The translations under genes were made by a program, and so were the position numbers. A DNA stretch of 64,000 bases from a virus: IMG/VR virus record IMGVR_UViG_3300045988_172415; one strand, given 5' to 3'. How positions within the stretch are numbered: the first letter of the stretch is position 1; every line of letters starts with the position of its first letter. Positions 9,165 through 18,743 of this stretch are shown here, piece after piece. The notes under the pieces are model-generated. The model was not told where the DNA came from, made no database searches, and was given only the letters and a program-made list of their open reading frames with translations.

Positions 9165-9827
9165 TTATTCTTCCACCAGATTGATTTCAGACAGATAGTC
9201 GATGAGTTCCTGCACGACGCTGGAATATTCCTTGTTGTCGATTTCGGTTGTGCCGTACATGTTCTTGACGGCTTCACGTTCCGTGATGACGGTTTCGAAC
9301 CGTGCGATGCCTTCCTCATCCAGTTCGCTGATGCTGTTCCGGGCGAGTTTCGTTCTCGGCTTCACGCGTGTCAACAGGACGATGCCGTTGCGTGCCGCCG
9401 CGTATGTGCGTCCCGCGTGGGTCAAATCGGATACGGATGGCTGGCATGGGATTATCACCACGTCGCCCGCGTTTATCGCCGCCTGTACCACTCCCGCGTC
9501 GGACGGTGGGGTGTCGATGATGACCCAGCCTGAATATTTTTCGCGGATGAGTTCCGGATTGTTCAATACGGCTTCGTTGGTTTGCACGACGGGGAAGCCG
9601 AGCGTGTATGGTTTCGCGTCCGGATTGTCCTGTCTGCGTCTGCGGTTTTCCTGTTCGACGTACATTTCCCACATGGTCGCGCCGCCCGTGTTGTCGGAGT
9701 CCAAGACTGTGACTTGTTCCCCGCGTTTGTGCAATAGTTCGGCCAATGCCATTGATGTGGTTGTTTTTCCTGAACCGCCTTTGATGATTGCGACGGTGAT
9801 GATGACCGTATGGTTTTTGACTCTCAT
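9165..9827 (-). CDS. parA: ParA-family partition ATPase
   Basis: Deviant Walker A 'KGGSGKTT' (IITVAIIKGGSGKTTTS). Start chosen at the internal Met (MRVKNHTV) with RBS AAAAAGGAAACC; the track ORF extends to 9950. Confidence 0.8.
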   Translation of the reverse strand: MRVKNHTVIITVAIIKGGSGKTTTSMALAELLHKRGEQVTVLDSDNTGGATMWEMYVEQENRRRRQDNPDAKPYTLGFPVVQTNEAVLNNPELIREKYSGWVIIDTPPSDAGVVQAAINAGDVVIIPCQPSVSDLTHAGRTYAAARNGIVLLTRVKPRTKLARNSISELDEEGIARFETVITEREAVKNMYGTTEIDNKEYSSVVQELIDYLSEINLVEE

Positions 9828-10046
9828 GTTCTGGTTTCCTTTTTCTGCTTCCGGTGTGGACGGAATCATGGTGGGGGTATGTTTTTTGTTTCGATGATAA
9901 CAACGGCGAAAAGTCGGCACGCCGAACTGGAAAACCGTTCGGAGAAACATTCCAGTAAAACAATGGAACGGCGTACAGGTTTACAGGCGGAACAGAAAAA
10001 CAGAAAGCCGCGTCCGCGATGAAACGGATACGGCTTTCTTTCGTTT

Positions 10047-10400
10047 TTACTCGGTAGCAGTGAACACCAGTTTGCGAAGGAACTCCATGAACAGTGAACC
10101 GATATCAGGCATCTGGGCCGCGATATCCTTCATCCATTCACGCACGGGCAAACCCATGACCTCCAAGACACCGGTGATAATCCACACGAACAACAGGAAC
10201 GCGCAGATGGTCAACGCGGTCATCAACGCGCGGGTGCTTTTCTGCAAGATGGCGAACACGACACTACCGGCGCAAATAATAATCATCAACAAAGTGAGGA
10301 TTGCGCCCGTCGGCGTGAACACCCAAGAGAAGAACACAGTGAGCACGTCACCCAACGTTCGTCCCGCAGTGTCAGCGGCTTGGTTTCCTACCTCTTCCAT
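10047..10400 (-). CDS. small polytopic membrane protein (conjugation-associated)
   Basis: 117 aa with 3 hydrophobic helices, first gene of a block of membrane proteins. Confidence 0.35.
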   Translation of the reverse strand: MEEVGNQAADTAGRTLGDVLTVFFSWVFTPTGAILTLLMIIICAGSVVFAILQKSTRALMTALTICAFLLFVWIITGVLEVMGLPVREWMKDIAAQMPDIGSLFMEFLRKLVFTATE

Positions 10401-10503
10401 TTTTCTAATCTCCTTGACGTTGGAAGGTTTTTCGAAAGGGAAACCGGCGTCGAATGCTGTGGAAGATGCTCAAAACATTCGACGCCGGATGGTCAAACCG
10501 ACG

Positions 10504-13500
10504 TCACTTCATGAACGGCGGTTTGGGTGTCGGCTGTCCTCCGGTCGGCGGTTTCTTCATACGAAGATTGCCTACGGAGGGGAAACCTGTCAGGTTTGAC
10601 GGGTTGGCGTCCACCGGCTGTTTGACGGTCGGGGAAGGTGTGGTTGGCGGTTGCATTCGAACCGACGGCTGTTGTCTTACCTGAGCTTGTGGCTGCGGTT
10701 GAGACTGCTGTCGCGGAGCTTGCGCCTGTACCGAACCCTGCTGTTGCGTCTGCCCGGAATCCACCGTGAATTTTCTACTCGGCTGAATTCCATTCGGGTT
10801 CATAGCCCGTTCGGCACCCGACGGCATCGTAGACCCCGGCAGTCCGGTCGTCGCAGTCCATTCCTCCTGAGCCATCCGCAAATGCTCCTCCGGAGACTGT
10901 TGCACCGGATTCTCGCGCATGTACGCCTGTTGCAGTGAATTGTTCACCGATTCAGGCATCGGAGTCGCATTGTCGGTTGCCTTCTGCCAAGTGGAGGCGG
11001 AGGACACGGCGGCGTCCATCGTTCCGGAGGGTAGGGTCTCACCAACAATCTCACCTGTCTCAGTGTTGTACACCGGCTGGTTGGCGTTCGTTTCGGGTTG
11101 AGCTGTCGCATTCTCATTAGGAGATTGATTGTTCTGGCTCATATACGCTTGGACGGAATTATCGACCTCGCCGGAGGAGACGGCCTCTTGGAAAGCCTGT
11201 TCCGCATCCTCTTGGGACATGTGCTGGTTATCCACGAAGTCGGCCATCATTCCCTCACGAACCTGATTGAACGCGGACTGTTCAGTCAACACCGGAGCAT
11301 GCTGTCCTTGGGCGTCCGCTGGAATCGGACCAGTCGGAGCGCCAATCGGAATCGTCTCAGTCTGCGCGTCCGTCGGAATCGGCGACGCGCCACCGACACC
11401 ACCGGTTTGGGTTGGGACATCCGGATTCGGAGCCGACGGAGAAGGCATAGGACTGTCACCATTGTCGGAACCACCGTCACCGGCGCCGGAGAACGGAGAC
11501 GACAACGGAGCGTCACCATTAGCCATGCCCAACACGTCGCGACGCCACTGGTCGCGTTCTCTCATACTGCCGGGAGCGGCGTTCCTGATGTCGCGGATTT
11601 TATCCATCGCGGCTCCCGCACCCACCGCTATACCATGATGCAGGTTACGGTCGGCGGCCAGCTTTCCAGCGGCAATCAATCCCAACGGTGCGGTAATCGG
11701 ATTGGAGAACAAAGCTCCGGTGACAGCGGCTTTCGCGGCGACCTTCGCGCCACGTGCTACGACGTTACGCAACGGTGCGCTCTTCGCGGCTCGTGCGGCG
11801 AAAGCGAGACCGGCACCGGCCATTGCGGCTCCGGCTCCGGCGACTCTTGCCGCACCTTGGAGTTTGCGTCCGGCATTGTTCAGATGGTTCATCCTTTGTG
11901 CTTTGCGTTGCACATCGTTGAGGGACATGCCCGGGTGACGTTGGGCGATACTATGGGCGAACGCCTCCGTATTGTCCTCGCCATGGAACTTGGAAACGGC
12001 TTTGTTCAACCGTCCCTTGAACTTGCCCGTGGAATCCTCAAAATGGAGTTTCGCACCGGCAAGACTTCCTCTCACTGTGCTCTTGTCCATTCGTGCCCAG
12101 TTCTTGCTTCCGCGTCCACGCGTCTGAATCGCCTCGAACTCCTTGGCGTTACGATTCATCAGATTCCTATCGCCCTGACTCAACGAATCCTGTTGTGCGC
12201 GGCTCATCTTGCTTAGGACGGTCTCGCTTTGACGTGCTCCGTTATGGGCCATGCCAGCGCCGGTACCGTTCGTGGACAAACGTCCGACACCATTGCCGCC
12301 ACGACGGAATCCGCCACGCATGGCGCGAATCATACGGTGCTGTCCAATCATGTGCATTCCCTTGCGAAGACCGGAAGCCATTGCGGTTCCACCCGCCATT
12401 CCCATGAGAGCGTTGATGCTGAACGGATTACCCCACTTCAACACTTTCGAACAGAACATGCCGATTGCGGCGATAGCCAACACCGGACTCAATCCCGCAA
12501 TCAACTGGTAGGTGAACGAACCACTGCTGGCAGAGGTGAACTTCAACGTCAGGCCACAAATGAATGTTGCGAGAGTACCGAGCGCACCGTACAACGCTCC
12601 TACCATACTCAACTGGCAGGTGTACGTCGCCCAGTTCTTCAACGCGTTCTTCGGCTTCTCGCCAATCGGGAACGCTTGGACAAGGAACGTGACCACGAGG
12701 AACAACGCCATCATTATCAGCATGAGCTTCGTCAGTATTAGAACAAGGCTCAACAATCCCCAGACCACGAGATTGACGATGCCTCCGATAAGTGTTCCGC
12801 AAGCACCCAACGTATCGACGTTGTTGTTGCCATACATGTAGTCGATGGTTTTCTTCGCACCGCCCGTGACAGTGGAATCATCCTGAGCGTCACGAAGATT
12901 CGCCTCACTCCAAGTTCCGGAAACGTTCGGCACGTCGAAACGCCATCCGACCGTAGCGGAGTCGCCCCAGTTGGTGTCGTTCTGCTGGTCTTTATATGTT
13001 CCGTCATCCTCCTTGTTGATATCGGTGGAACGGGAGAAGATTACGGAACCCTGTTTGAGAATCGTCTGGCAGACCGAAGTGGTCTGTTGGATGGTTTCGT
13101 CTTCACTGCCGTTCTGTTTCGCGTCCATCACGCCTTTGCCACCGTTGGTCGGTTTCACATTGTCCAAGTCGTCAATCTTGACACGTACTTTCGTACTGCC
13201 GTTCTTGATGTTCTTGGTTCCTGTGTCACCGAGGTTGTTGATGAGTGTCGCCCATCCGGCTCGCGCGTAGATTTCCTGATTGCGTTTCGTGCCACAGGTT
13301 TCCCAGAACACGCCCGCACGGCTGAGATATGTCGCGTTCTCCCTTTCCAACGGTTTGTCGGTGAAGTAAGGATTACGCGGGTCTACCCAACCGTCCACGG
13401 AGAACAACCATTTGGCTCGCTGGTCGCTGATGTGCAACGCCATGGCCTTGTTGGTCAAATCCTTCTGGATGGTCGTGTTCGTGTTGGCTTTCATCTCCAA

Positions 13501-14511
13501 CACGTGGCAGTAACCTTGCCGGGCGTTTTCCGCGATACGGAACGAGGATGTTCCGGTGGTCTGCGGGTTTCCGTACTGCATGGTCACGAACGAGCGAAGG
13601 GAGGTCTCCTCCCAAATACGGTTGATGGCCTTGGTGATGTTGCTTGTATCCTGATTGCCGTTGGACTTCGCCTGTTCGTCATACGCCTGATGCATGAAGT
13701 ACAGGTAATCCTGACAATTGGTTTTCGCACCGTTCGCCGCATGATGGTAGGACATCATGTTTTTATCACTGTCTGCCATGCCGTCAAGGTCGAGGTTGAC
13801 CGAAAGCTTGTTGATGGTGTTGTTGATTGTCTGCACGACCCACCATGGGCTTCCGGTCGCCGGTTCTGTGGCGTTCTTTCCGGTTTTGGCCGCTCCAGCT
13901 CCAAGCATCGTGATTGAAGCGAAGCAGAGAACCATGATGACGATTCGTTTGCTCGCCTCTTTGACGGTGCCGATTTGGAATCCAGCCGCGCCAACCCAAG
14001 CCACGATGCCGAGCACTGCGATGGTGGCGGGGATACCGCCGTCCATCAGACTCGTCACCATGGTGGACACTGCGGAGTCGATGTTCGCACCAGCCTGTTT
14101 CATCGGTTCGAACGAAGCGGCGAACTGGCTGATGGACAATGCGGAAGACCAGCAGACCTGAGTCAACTGCATCAGAATGTTGGGAAGGACGATATGGGTC
14201 TGCGAGCTGATGGTCTGCTTGACGTTCGAGAACCAACCGGCGACATCGCTGCCACTGTACGGTTCCGTACGCGAAGTGATTTCCCCAACGTAGTTTCCCC
14301 AACGTCCGGAAGGAAGACAACTAGAGATGTCTGATGTAGCACTGTCAGTCCCGCCGTTGGCGCATGTTATCGTCGTGGTCGAATCGTTGACCTGTGCGGC
14401 GAACACGCTGGACGGCAAGACGAACAATGTCATGACCACGCACAACATCAGAATGACGAGCAGGTTCCTTCTACCCGCCCGTTTCACTGGGTCTCGATAT
14501 TTTGTATTCAA
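10504..14511 (-). CDS. large polytopic membrane protein with a Gly/Ala-rich and Pro/Gln-rich C-terminal extension (VirB6/TrbL-like mating-channel candidate)
   Basis: 1,335 aa. Signal/TM at the N-terminus, a cluster of ≥5 TM helices in the middle, then A/G-rich and P/Q/T-rich low complexity. No NTPase motifs. Confidence 0.35.
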   Translation of the reverse strand: MNTKYRDPVKRAGRRNLLVILMLCVVMTLFVLPSSVFAAQVNDSTTTITCANGGTDSATSDISSCLPSGRWGNYVGEITSRTEPYSGSDVAGWFSNVKQTISSQTHIVLPNILMQLTQVCWSSALSISQFAASFEPMKQAGANIDSAVSTMVTSLMDGGIPATIAVLGIVAWVGAAGFQIGTVKEASKRIVIMVLCFASITMLGAGAAKTGKNATEPATGSPWWVVQTINNTINKLSVNLDLDGMADSDKNMMSYHHAANGAKTNCQDYLYFMHQAYDEQAKSNGNQDTSNITKAINRIWEETSLRSFVTMQYGNPQTTGTSSFRIAENARQGYCHVLEMKANTNTTIQKDLTNKAMALHISDQRAKWLFSVDGWVDPRNPYFTDKPLERENATYLSRAGVFWETCGTKRNQEIYARAGWATLINNLGDTGTKNIKNGSTKVRVKIDDLDNVKPTNGGKGVMDAKQNGSEDETIQQTTSVCQTILKQGSVIFSRSTDINKEDDGTYKDQQNDTNWGDSATVGWRFDVPNVSGTWSEANLRDAQDDSTVTGGAKKTIDYMYGNNNVDTLGACGTLIGGIVNLVVWGLLSLVLILTKLMLIMMALFLVVTFLVQAFPIGEKPKNALKNWATYTCQLSMVGALYGALGTLATFICGLTLKFTSASSGSFTYQLIAGLSPVLAIAAIGMFCSKVLKWGNPFSINALMGMAGGTAMASGLRKGMHMIGQHRMIRAMRGGFRRGGNGVGRLSTNGTGAGMAHNGARQSETVLSKMSRAQQDSLSQGDRNLMNRNAKEFEAIQTRGRGSKNWARMDKSTVRGSLAGAKLHFEDSTGKFKGRLNKAVSKFHGEDNTEAFAHSIAQRHPGMSLNDVQRKAQRMNHLNNAGRKLQGAARVAGAGAAMAGAGLAFAARAAKSAPLRNVVARGAKVAAKAAVTGALFSNPITAPLGLIAAGKLAADRNLHHGIAVGAGAAMDKIRDIRNAAPGSMRERDQWRRDVLGMANGDAPLSSPFSGAGDGGSDNGDSPMPSPSAPNPDVPTQTGGVGGASPIPTDAQTETIPIGAPTGPIPADAQGQHAPVLTEQSAFNQVREGMMADFVDNQHMSQEDAEQAFQEAVSSGEVDNSVQAYMSQNNQSPNENATAQPETNANQPVYNTETGEIVGETLPSGTMDAAVSSASTWQKATDNATPMPESVNNSLQQAYMRENPVQQSPEEHLRMAQEEWTATTGLPGSTMPSGAERAMNPNGIQPSRKFTVDSGQTQQQGSVQAQAPRQQSQPQPQAQVRQQPSVRMQPPTTPSPTVKQPVDANPSNLTGFPSVGNLRMKKPPTGGQPTPKPPFMK

Positions 14512-14930
14512 CGGATTTCCATTTCTTGAAGGTCGATAATGTTTTCCGGCTGAGTGGAATTCGGGTAGAAGACCTGCCCTTCAATCTTGCGGCTCTTCAT
14601 ATCCTGCAAGGTTCTCTTCCACCGTGTCTGTTGGGTGCGGTCTCTAATGGTGCCGACTGCGAAGAACGGAGCCAGTATTCCGCCCAACAGTACGAAGAAC
14701 GAGCTGAACATGTATCCGAGCAACGGGGCGAATATGAGGCAAAGAGCCAAGCCCGCCAATGCGCCGACGATAACGGAGAACACGGTTTTGGAACGGGCCT
14801 CAGTGTTCTTGGTTATCTGGAACGTGTTCTTCCGTTCGATTTCCTCCGGGCCGGACACTTCCGTGATGTCGTCCATTGTCAACCTCGGATGCAAGGGGCC
14901 TTTGTATCCTTCGTCTTCCTCATCGCTCAT
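14508..14930 (-). CDS. small membrane protein (2 TM)
   Basis: ORF overlapping the downstream gene by 4 nt, with two hydrophobic helices. Confidence 0.35.
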   Translation of the reverse strand: MSDEEDEGYKGPLHPRLTMDDITEVSGPEEIERKNTFQITKNTEARSKTVFSVIVGALAGLALCLIFAPLLGYMFSSFFVLLGGILAPFFAVGTIRDRTQQTRWKRTLQDMKSRKIEGQVFYPNSTQPENIIDLQEMEIR

Positions 14931-15035
14931 GATTCAACTCTTTTCGTACGTAAGGTTCTTAAAAGAAAACCGGAGTGGGAACAGAACCGGAAAGGTCCTC
15001 TTCGCATATCCACTCCGGTTTTCCTTCTGCGGATG

Positions 15036-15380
15036 TCAGATTCCCAGATAGGTCTTTCCACTGCCGCCAACCGCGTCAACGAACCAGTCAATCAACTTAA
15101 GAATTGCCGGAATGGTGAAGGTCGGGCCAGCGAGAATGAATCCGACTGCGAGGACGACGAGAATACGTCCGATGTTCGGGCAGAACATCTGCACGAGCTT
15201 GTTTTGGCGTCCCAACGCCTTGCAAATGCCACCGACGATAAGGCCGAGTGCGAGAAGCACTGCGGCGGCAAGACCGATGTTGGTCAACACGGTTCCCGCG
15301 CTACTGCTCAAAATGGTGTCGAACATCTTATGATAGGTGCTCTCAAGGCTGCTTCCAGCCAAGGTAATGGTTCCACCCAT
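15036..15380 (-). CDS. small two-TM membrane protein (VirB2/TrbC-like pilin-size protein)
   Basis: 114 aa with two long hydrophobic segments. The size and topology resemble T4SS pilin-like proteins. Confidence 0.3.
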   Translation of the reverse strand: MGGTITLAGSSLESTYHKMFDTILSSSAGTVLTNIGLAAAVLLALGLIVGGICKALGRQNKLVQMFCPNIGRILVVLAVGFILAGPTFTIPAILKLIDWFVDAVGGSGKTYLGI

Positions 15381-15487
15381 TTTTTGAGTTCCCTTTCGTT
15401 TTCCAAACGGAACTCTCCTGCATTTTTCATCCTATCAACCTACGCGGTTGTTTACAGTCATAGCGAGGTTTTTAGGTATAAAAAATC

Positions 15488-15525
15488 CGTCCGGAAGTTG
15501 AAAGTTCCGAACGGATTTTGAAAAG
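15488..15525 (-). terminator. imperfect palindrome after the coupling-protein gene
   Basis: AAAATCCGTCCGGAA...TTCCGAACGGATTTT immediately downstream, on the minus strand, of the 15547 stop. Confidence 0.3.
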
Positions 15526-15546
15526 CAATATGATGAACGCTAAAAG

Positions 15547-18207
15547 CTAGTCATCATCGTCCATGTCACCATTGCGATAACCGTTATCGAAATCGTTCAC
15601 ATGGACAAGGAATGTCGGCTGCAACTGTTCTTGGGTTCGAGTGCGAACAGCCGCCGCATAACGCGGAAGATTCATGACCGCACCTGAACGCCAACCATCC
15701 TCCCCGTCATTGTTCGTCAGACGCTTCGCCGTCATATCGGCGATACGCGGAATCGTCGTATTGTATGTGATGAACGTCGAATAGCCGATGAACGAATCCA
15801 ACATCGCGTCGGACAACTGGGTCGGATACTGGGTGGCGAACACGAGAAGAAGACCGAACGAACGGCCCTGCTCGCGCAATGCGGGCATGATGCCATCATT
15901 GCCGTTAGCCAACAGGCTCAACTCGTCGCACACGAGCATCGTCCACTTGCCCGCCTTGTCCCAATCCTTGCAATGCGCGAACACCGTATTCCAGAAACGG
16001 TACATGAGCCAGCCGCCGAGAATCTTATCCATACGTTCCGGCAACGAATAACCATTATGTGGTGCGAGCACAATGTGATAATCGCCAGCATGGTCGAGAA
16101 TGTTCGTCCAAGTCACCTTGCCGCGGCGTGCGGTGAACATGTGTTCGATGGGAAGGAACTGGTTCACCTTGTTCAACGAAGCGTTCGTCTTCGTAAGAAT
16201 GTCACGGTCGGAACGAACCGTATGACCAGCCGCATCCGGACGGCCATACAATTGTTCGGCCGCACGAGCCGCATACGTCATCTCCTCGAACATGTAGCCA
16301 CTCTTCAACTCCATGCTCAACGCGCGGCACACATGGCCCAACGCTTTCGCGGAACCGGCCTGACCGTCGGAACCGCATAATGCGACGACGGCCCATCCGA
16401 TTGGACTCAACTGCATTCGCAACTGTTCCGCACCCGGATACGATTGTTCGAGCTGGTGGCAACGTTTCACAATCTCGCTTTCCCAATCCTTGTTCGCGGA
16501 TTCGGGATTATGCTTGCGCTCCTCCTGCACGTAACGGTCAACCGCCACGCCGATGGTCAACGCTTGGGTGATGATGTTCTGCGAGTCGTTCAGAATATCA
16601 CCGTCATCGAACGAGTAGCGCATGGTTTTCGCCACGCTCGCCGCAGTCTCCATCGCATTGTTCCCGTCCTTCATGCCAAGCATGTCCAAACATACACTGT
16701 TCGGGTCTGCCAAGTAGACGACTCGCTGCGGACTGGTGAAACCGTGACGTTTGCGATAACGTTCCAACACGTTGACGCCGGTATCATCCTTCATCCAAAA
16801 ATGGATGATACGGGAGTCGCGCCCCCAGATTTTCGGACTGGTGGTTTCTCGTGCGCTGATTGCCCACTGGCTGATGCCATGAGTGAGAACTGTCTTACCG
16901 GAACCGGCTTCACCGTTGATGGCGATACCGCCGAACAATTGCGACGGGTCGAGATAACAGTTACGTCCCGTATCGTCTTTCCCGAGGAAGATGCCATCAT
17001 GAGACAATACTTCCGGAACCGGATGCAACTCCTGCTTCATCGCCACTCCCTGAGTGACCGGAGTGAACACGGAACTCACGATAATCGGGGAAAGAATCAA
17101 CGTGGTACGTTGCGCACCATAAGCCGACACACGCTCCTTATGAGTTCGCACGCCAAGACGGGTCTGATTATCGGACTCGTTCGCGCCACGGTCGTTCGCA
17201 ATCGCATAATATCTGCGTGGCGTTTGGAAAATGTCATCCCACAACGTCCAATTCTTCCAACGGATGAACGCGAATACAAGAAGAGGAACGAAAAGAATCG
17301 GAATGAATGTCGGGAGCGGAAGCAACCCCAACAGCAGGTAAAGCATGAGAGCCACCGCGCCACCGGCAATCTGAGGTCGCGGAATGTAAACGAACGGAAT
17401 GCACGACAACAGCATGAGGAACAGGAACACGACCAACGTCACCGCAAGCAGTGGAAGCGCGATTCCGAAACCCCAAGCGGAATGGAACAATGGGAACACG
17501 CCATCCATCACGTATCCTCTTGCAAGACCGCACACACTCCAAATCACGGACAACACTTCCAACAGCATGCTGACGAACAGCAAACCGAATTTCGGACGGC
17601 TCGCATGACTGGACATGTTGGATATGAGCGGACAGATGATTTGACCAATCTTCTGCGCAAGCTGTCGGTTACGCGAAGCCTGACGGCAACCGAAACTCAC
17701 ACGGGCGCACATCGTGTTGGTCGAAGCGAGTTCGCTTGAATCCTCCACCGCATTGTATTCGTCGCTAATCCAATTACGAATGCGAATCTGCTCGAAGTAT
17801 CCCTGATTGCGAAGCGTGACGCTCACATAACTGTCCGGCGGCATGACCTTCTCGATGCTTGTACGAACGCCGGAATAGTTCGTCCGCATCTTCTCCATGT
17901 TGCTTTTCGAGTTCAACCGGGCGCGAAATGGTACAAGAGGATGCGCCGCACTGTTCACGCCATCCGGCAACACCGGCCCGTCGTCGTCTTCGACCAGTCT
18001 CGCGTCAAAACCAGCCAACTGTCCGGCGTTGACGATTCCCTCGCCGTCACCGTAAATATATTCCTTGACCGGCTCCTCGCCCTTCTTGATGAGGAGAAGG
18101 GTGCAACCATCCAGTTCGGCTGGAATGCTCTCCACTTTAGAACGTTGCTCGTCCGGGTCTAACTGTTGCAACGTTCTGGTTATCTGATACCAGTTCGGAT
18201 TACCCAT
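15547..18207 (-). CDS. type IV secretion coupling ATPase (VirD4/TraG/TraD-like)
   Basis: 886 aa with an N-terminal polytopic TM domain. Walker A 'INGEAGSGKTVL' and Walker B-like 'MLVCDELSLLA' (the DEL..L form typical of coupling proteins rather than the VirB4 DEAW). Confidence 0.5.
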   Translation of the reverse strand: MGNPNWYQITRTLQQLDPDEQRSKVESIPAELDGCTLLLIKKGEEPVKEYIYGDGEGIVNAGQLAGFDARLVEDDDGPVLPDGVNSAAHPLVPFRARLNSKSNMEKMRTNYSGVRTSIEKVMPPDSYVSVTLRNQGYFEQIRIRNWISDEYNAVEDSSELASTNTMCARVSFGCRQASRNRQLAQKIGQIICPLISNMSSHASRPKFGLLFVSMLLEVLSVIWSVCGLARGYVMDGVFPLFHSAWGFGIALPLLAVTLVVFLFLMLLSCIPFVYIPRPQIAGGAVALMLYLLLGLLPLPTFIPILFVPLLVFAFIRWKNWTLWDDIFQTPRRYYAIANDRGANESDNQTRLGVRTHKERVSAYGAQRTTLILSPIIVSSVFTPVTQGVAMKQELHPVPEVLSHDGIFLGKDDTGRNCYLDPSQLFGGIAINGEAGSGKTVLTHGISQWAISARETTSPKIWGRDSRIIHFWMKDDTGVNVLERYRKRHGFTSPQRVVYLADPNSVCLDMLGMKDGNNAMETAASVAKTMRYSFDDGDILNDSQNIITQALTIGVAVDRYVQEERKHNPESANKDWESEIVKRCHQLEQSYPGAEQLRMQLSPIGWAVVALCGSDGQAGSAKALGHVCRALSMELKSGYMFEEMTYAARAAEQLYGRPDAAGHTVRSDRDILTKTNASLNKVNQFLPIEHMFTARRGKVTWTNILDHAGDYHIVLAPHNGYSLPERMDKILGGWLMYRFWNTVFAHCKDWDKAGKWTMLVCDELSLLANGNDGIMPALREQGRSFGLLLVFATQYPTQLSDAMLDSFIGYSTFITYNTTIPRIADMTAKRLTNNDGEDGWRSGAVMNLPRYAAAVRTRTQEQLQPTFLVHVNDFDNGYRNGDMDDDD

Positions 18208-18233
18208 GTTTTACCTTCCTTTCCTTTTTTTGT

Positions 18234-18743
18234 TTAATCATTCGTGCTCTGCTGATACAACTGCGCGTATGGGAAACCTTCCGGCTTCTGGAAAGTGGAA
18301 AGCTTCTCACGTAACGACAATTGGAGAAGCCATGTAGTCATACGGACGGTTTTCTCCTTCGACTCCAAAGCCCAACCCAATGTCACGTAACCGTCGTTCA
18401 CGCTCGAATCATCGTTGATGGTTTCACGCATGACGCGGATTGTTTTGTTCGCAATCCGCCGGGAAGTGTTGAACATTATCGAATCCAATTGCCAGAGTCG
18501 TATCTTCCGTAATGCGGGAACACGTTGCATGTTCGCCATCAGAAACGGAATGACCAAATGTCTACGTCCCGTCTCACATAATGTCTGAACCTGTTGCAAA
18601 GCCCGCGCACGTTCCAATCTTGCTACATCCAACGCGTCCTGCGTCTGTTGGAATGATTCCTCAGTGGAGACCATCGCAATCCTTTCCAATGAAACCGTAG
18701 AAACCGCCACGGTACGCTTCCGGCATTGTCCAACCGGAAACAT
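18234..18743 (-). CDS. hypothetical protein (169 aa)
   Basis: ORF whose start overlaps the upstream gene. Confidence 0.3.
   Translation of the reverse strand: MFPVGQCRKRTVAVSTVSLERIAMVSTEESFQQTQDALDVARLERARALQQVQTLCETGRRHLVIPFLMANMQRVPALRKIRLWQLDSIMFNTSRRIANKTIRVMRETINDDSSVNDGYVTLGWALESKEKTVRMTTWLLQLSLREKLSTFQKPEGFPYAQLYQQSTND

Noticed and set aside
9828-9950. Upstream extension of parA (track start at 9950)
   Set aside because: The first 41 residues are not ParA-like. The Walker A box begins 11 residues after the internal Met at 9827, which has a proper RBS.
11098-12741. Long plus-strand ORFs (372 aa, 170 aa and others) antisense within the 1,335-aa membrane-protein gene
   Set aside because: They are Arg/Ser/Gly-rich antisense frames of a GC-rich gene with no translation signals. 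The same reasoning applies to 31326–32273(-), 33422–34879(-), 27575–29699(-) and 16444–17739(+), which lie opposite well-supported genes.
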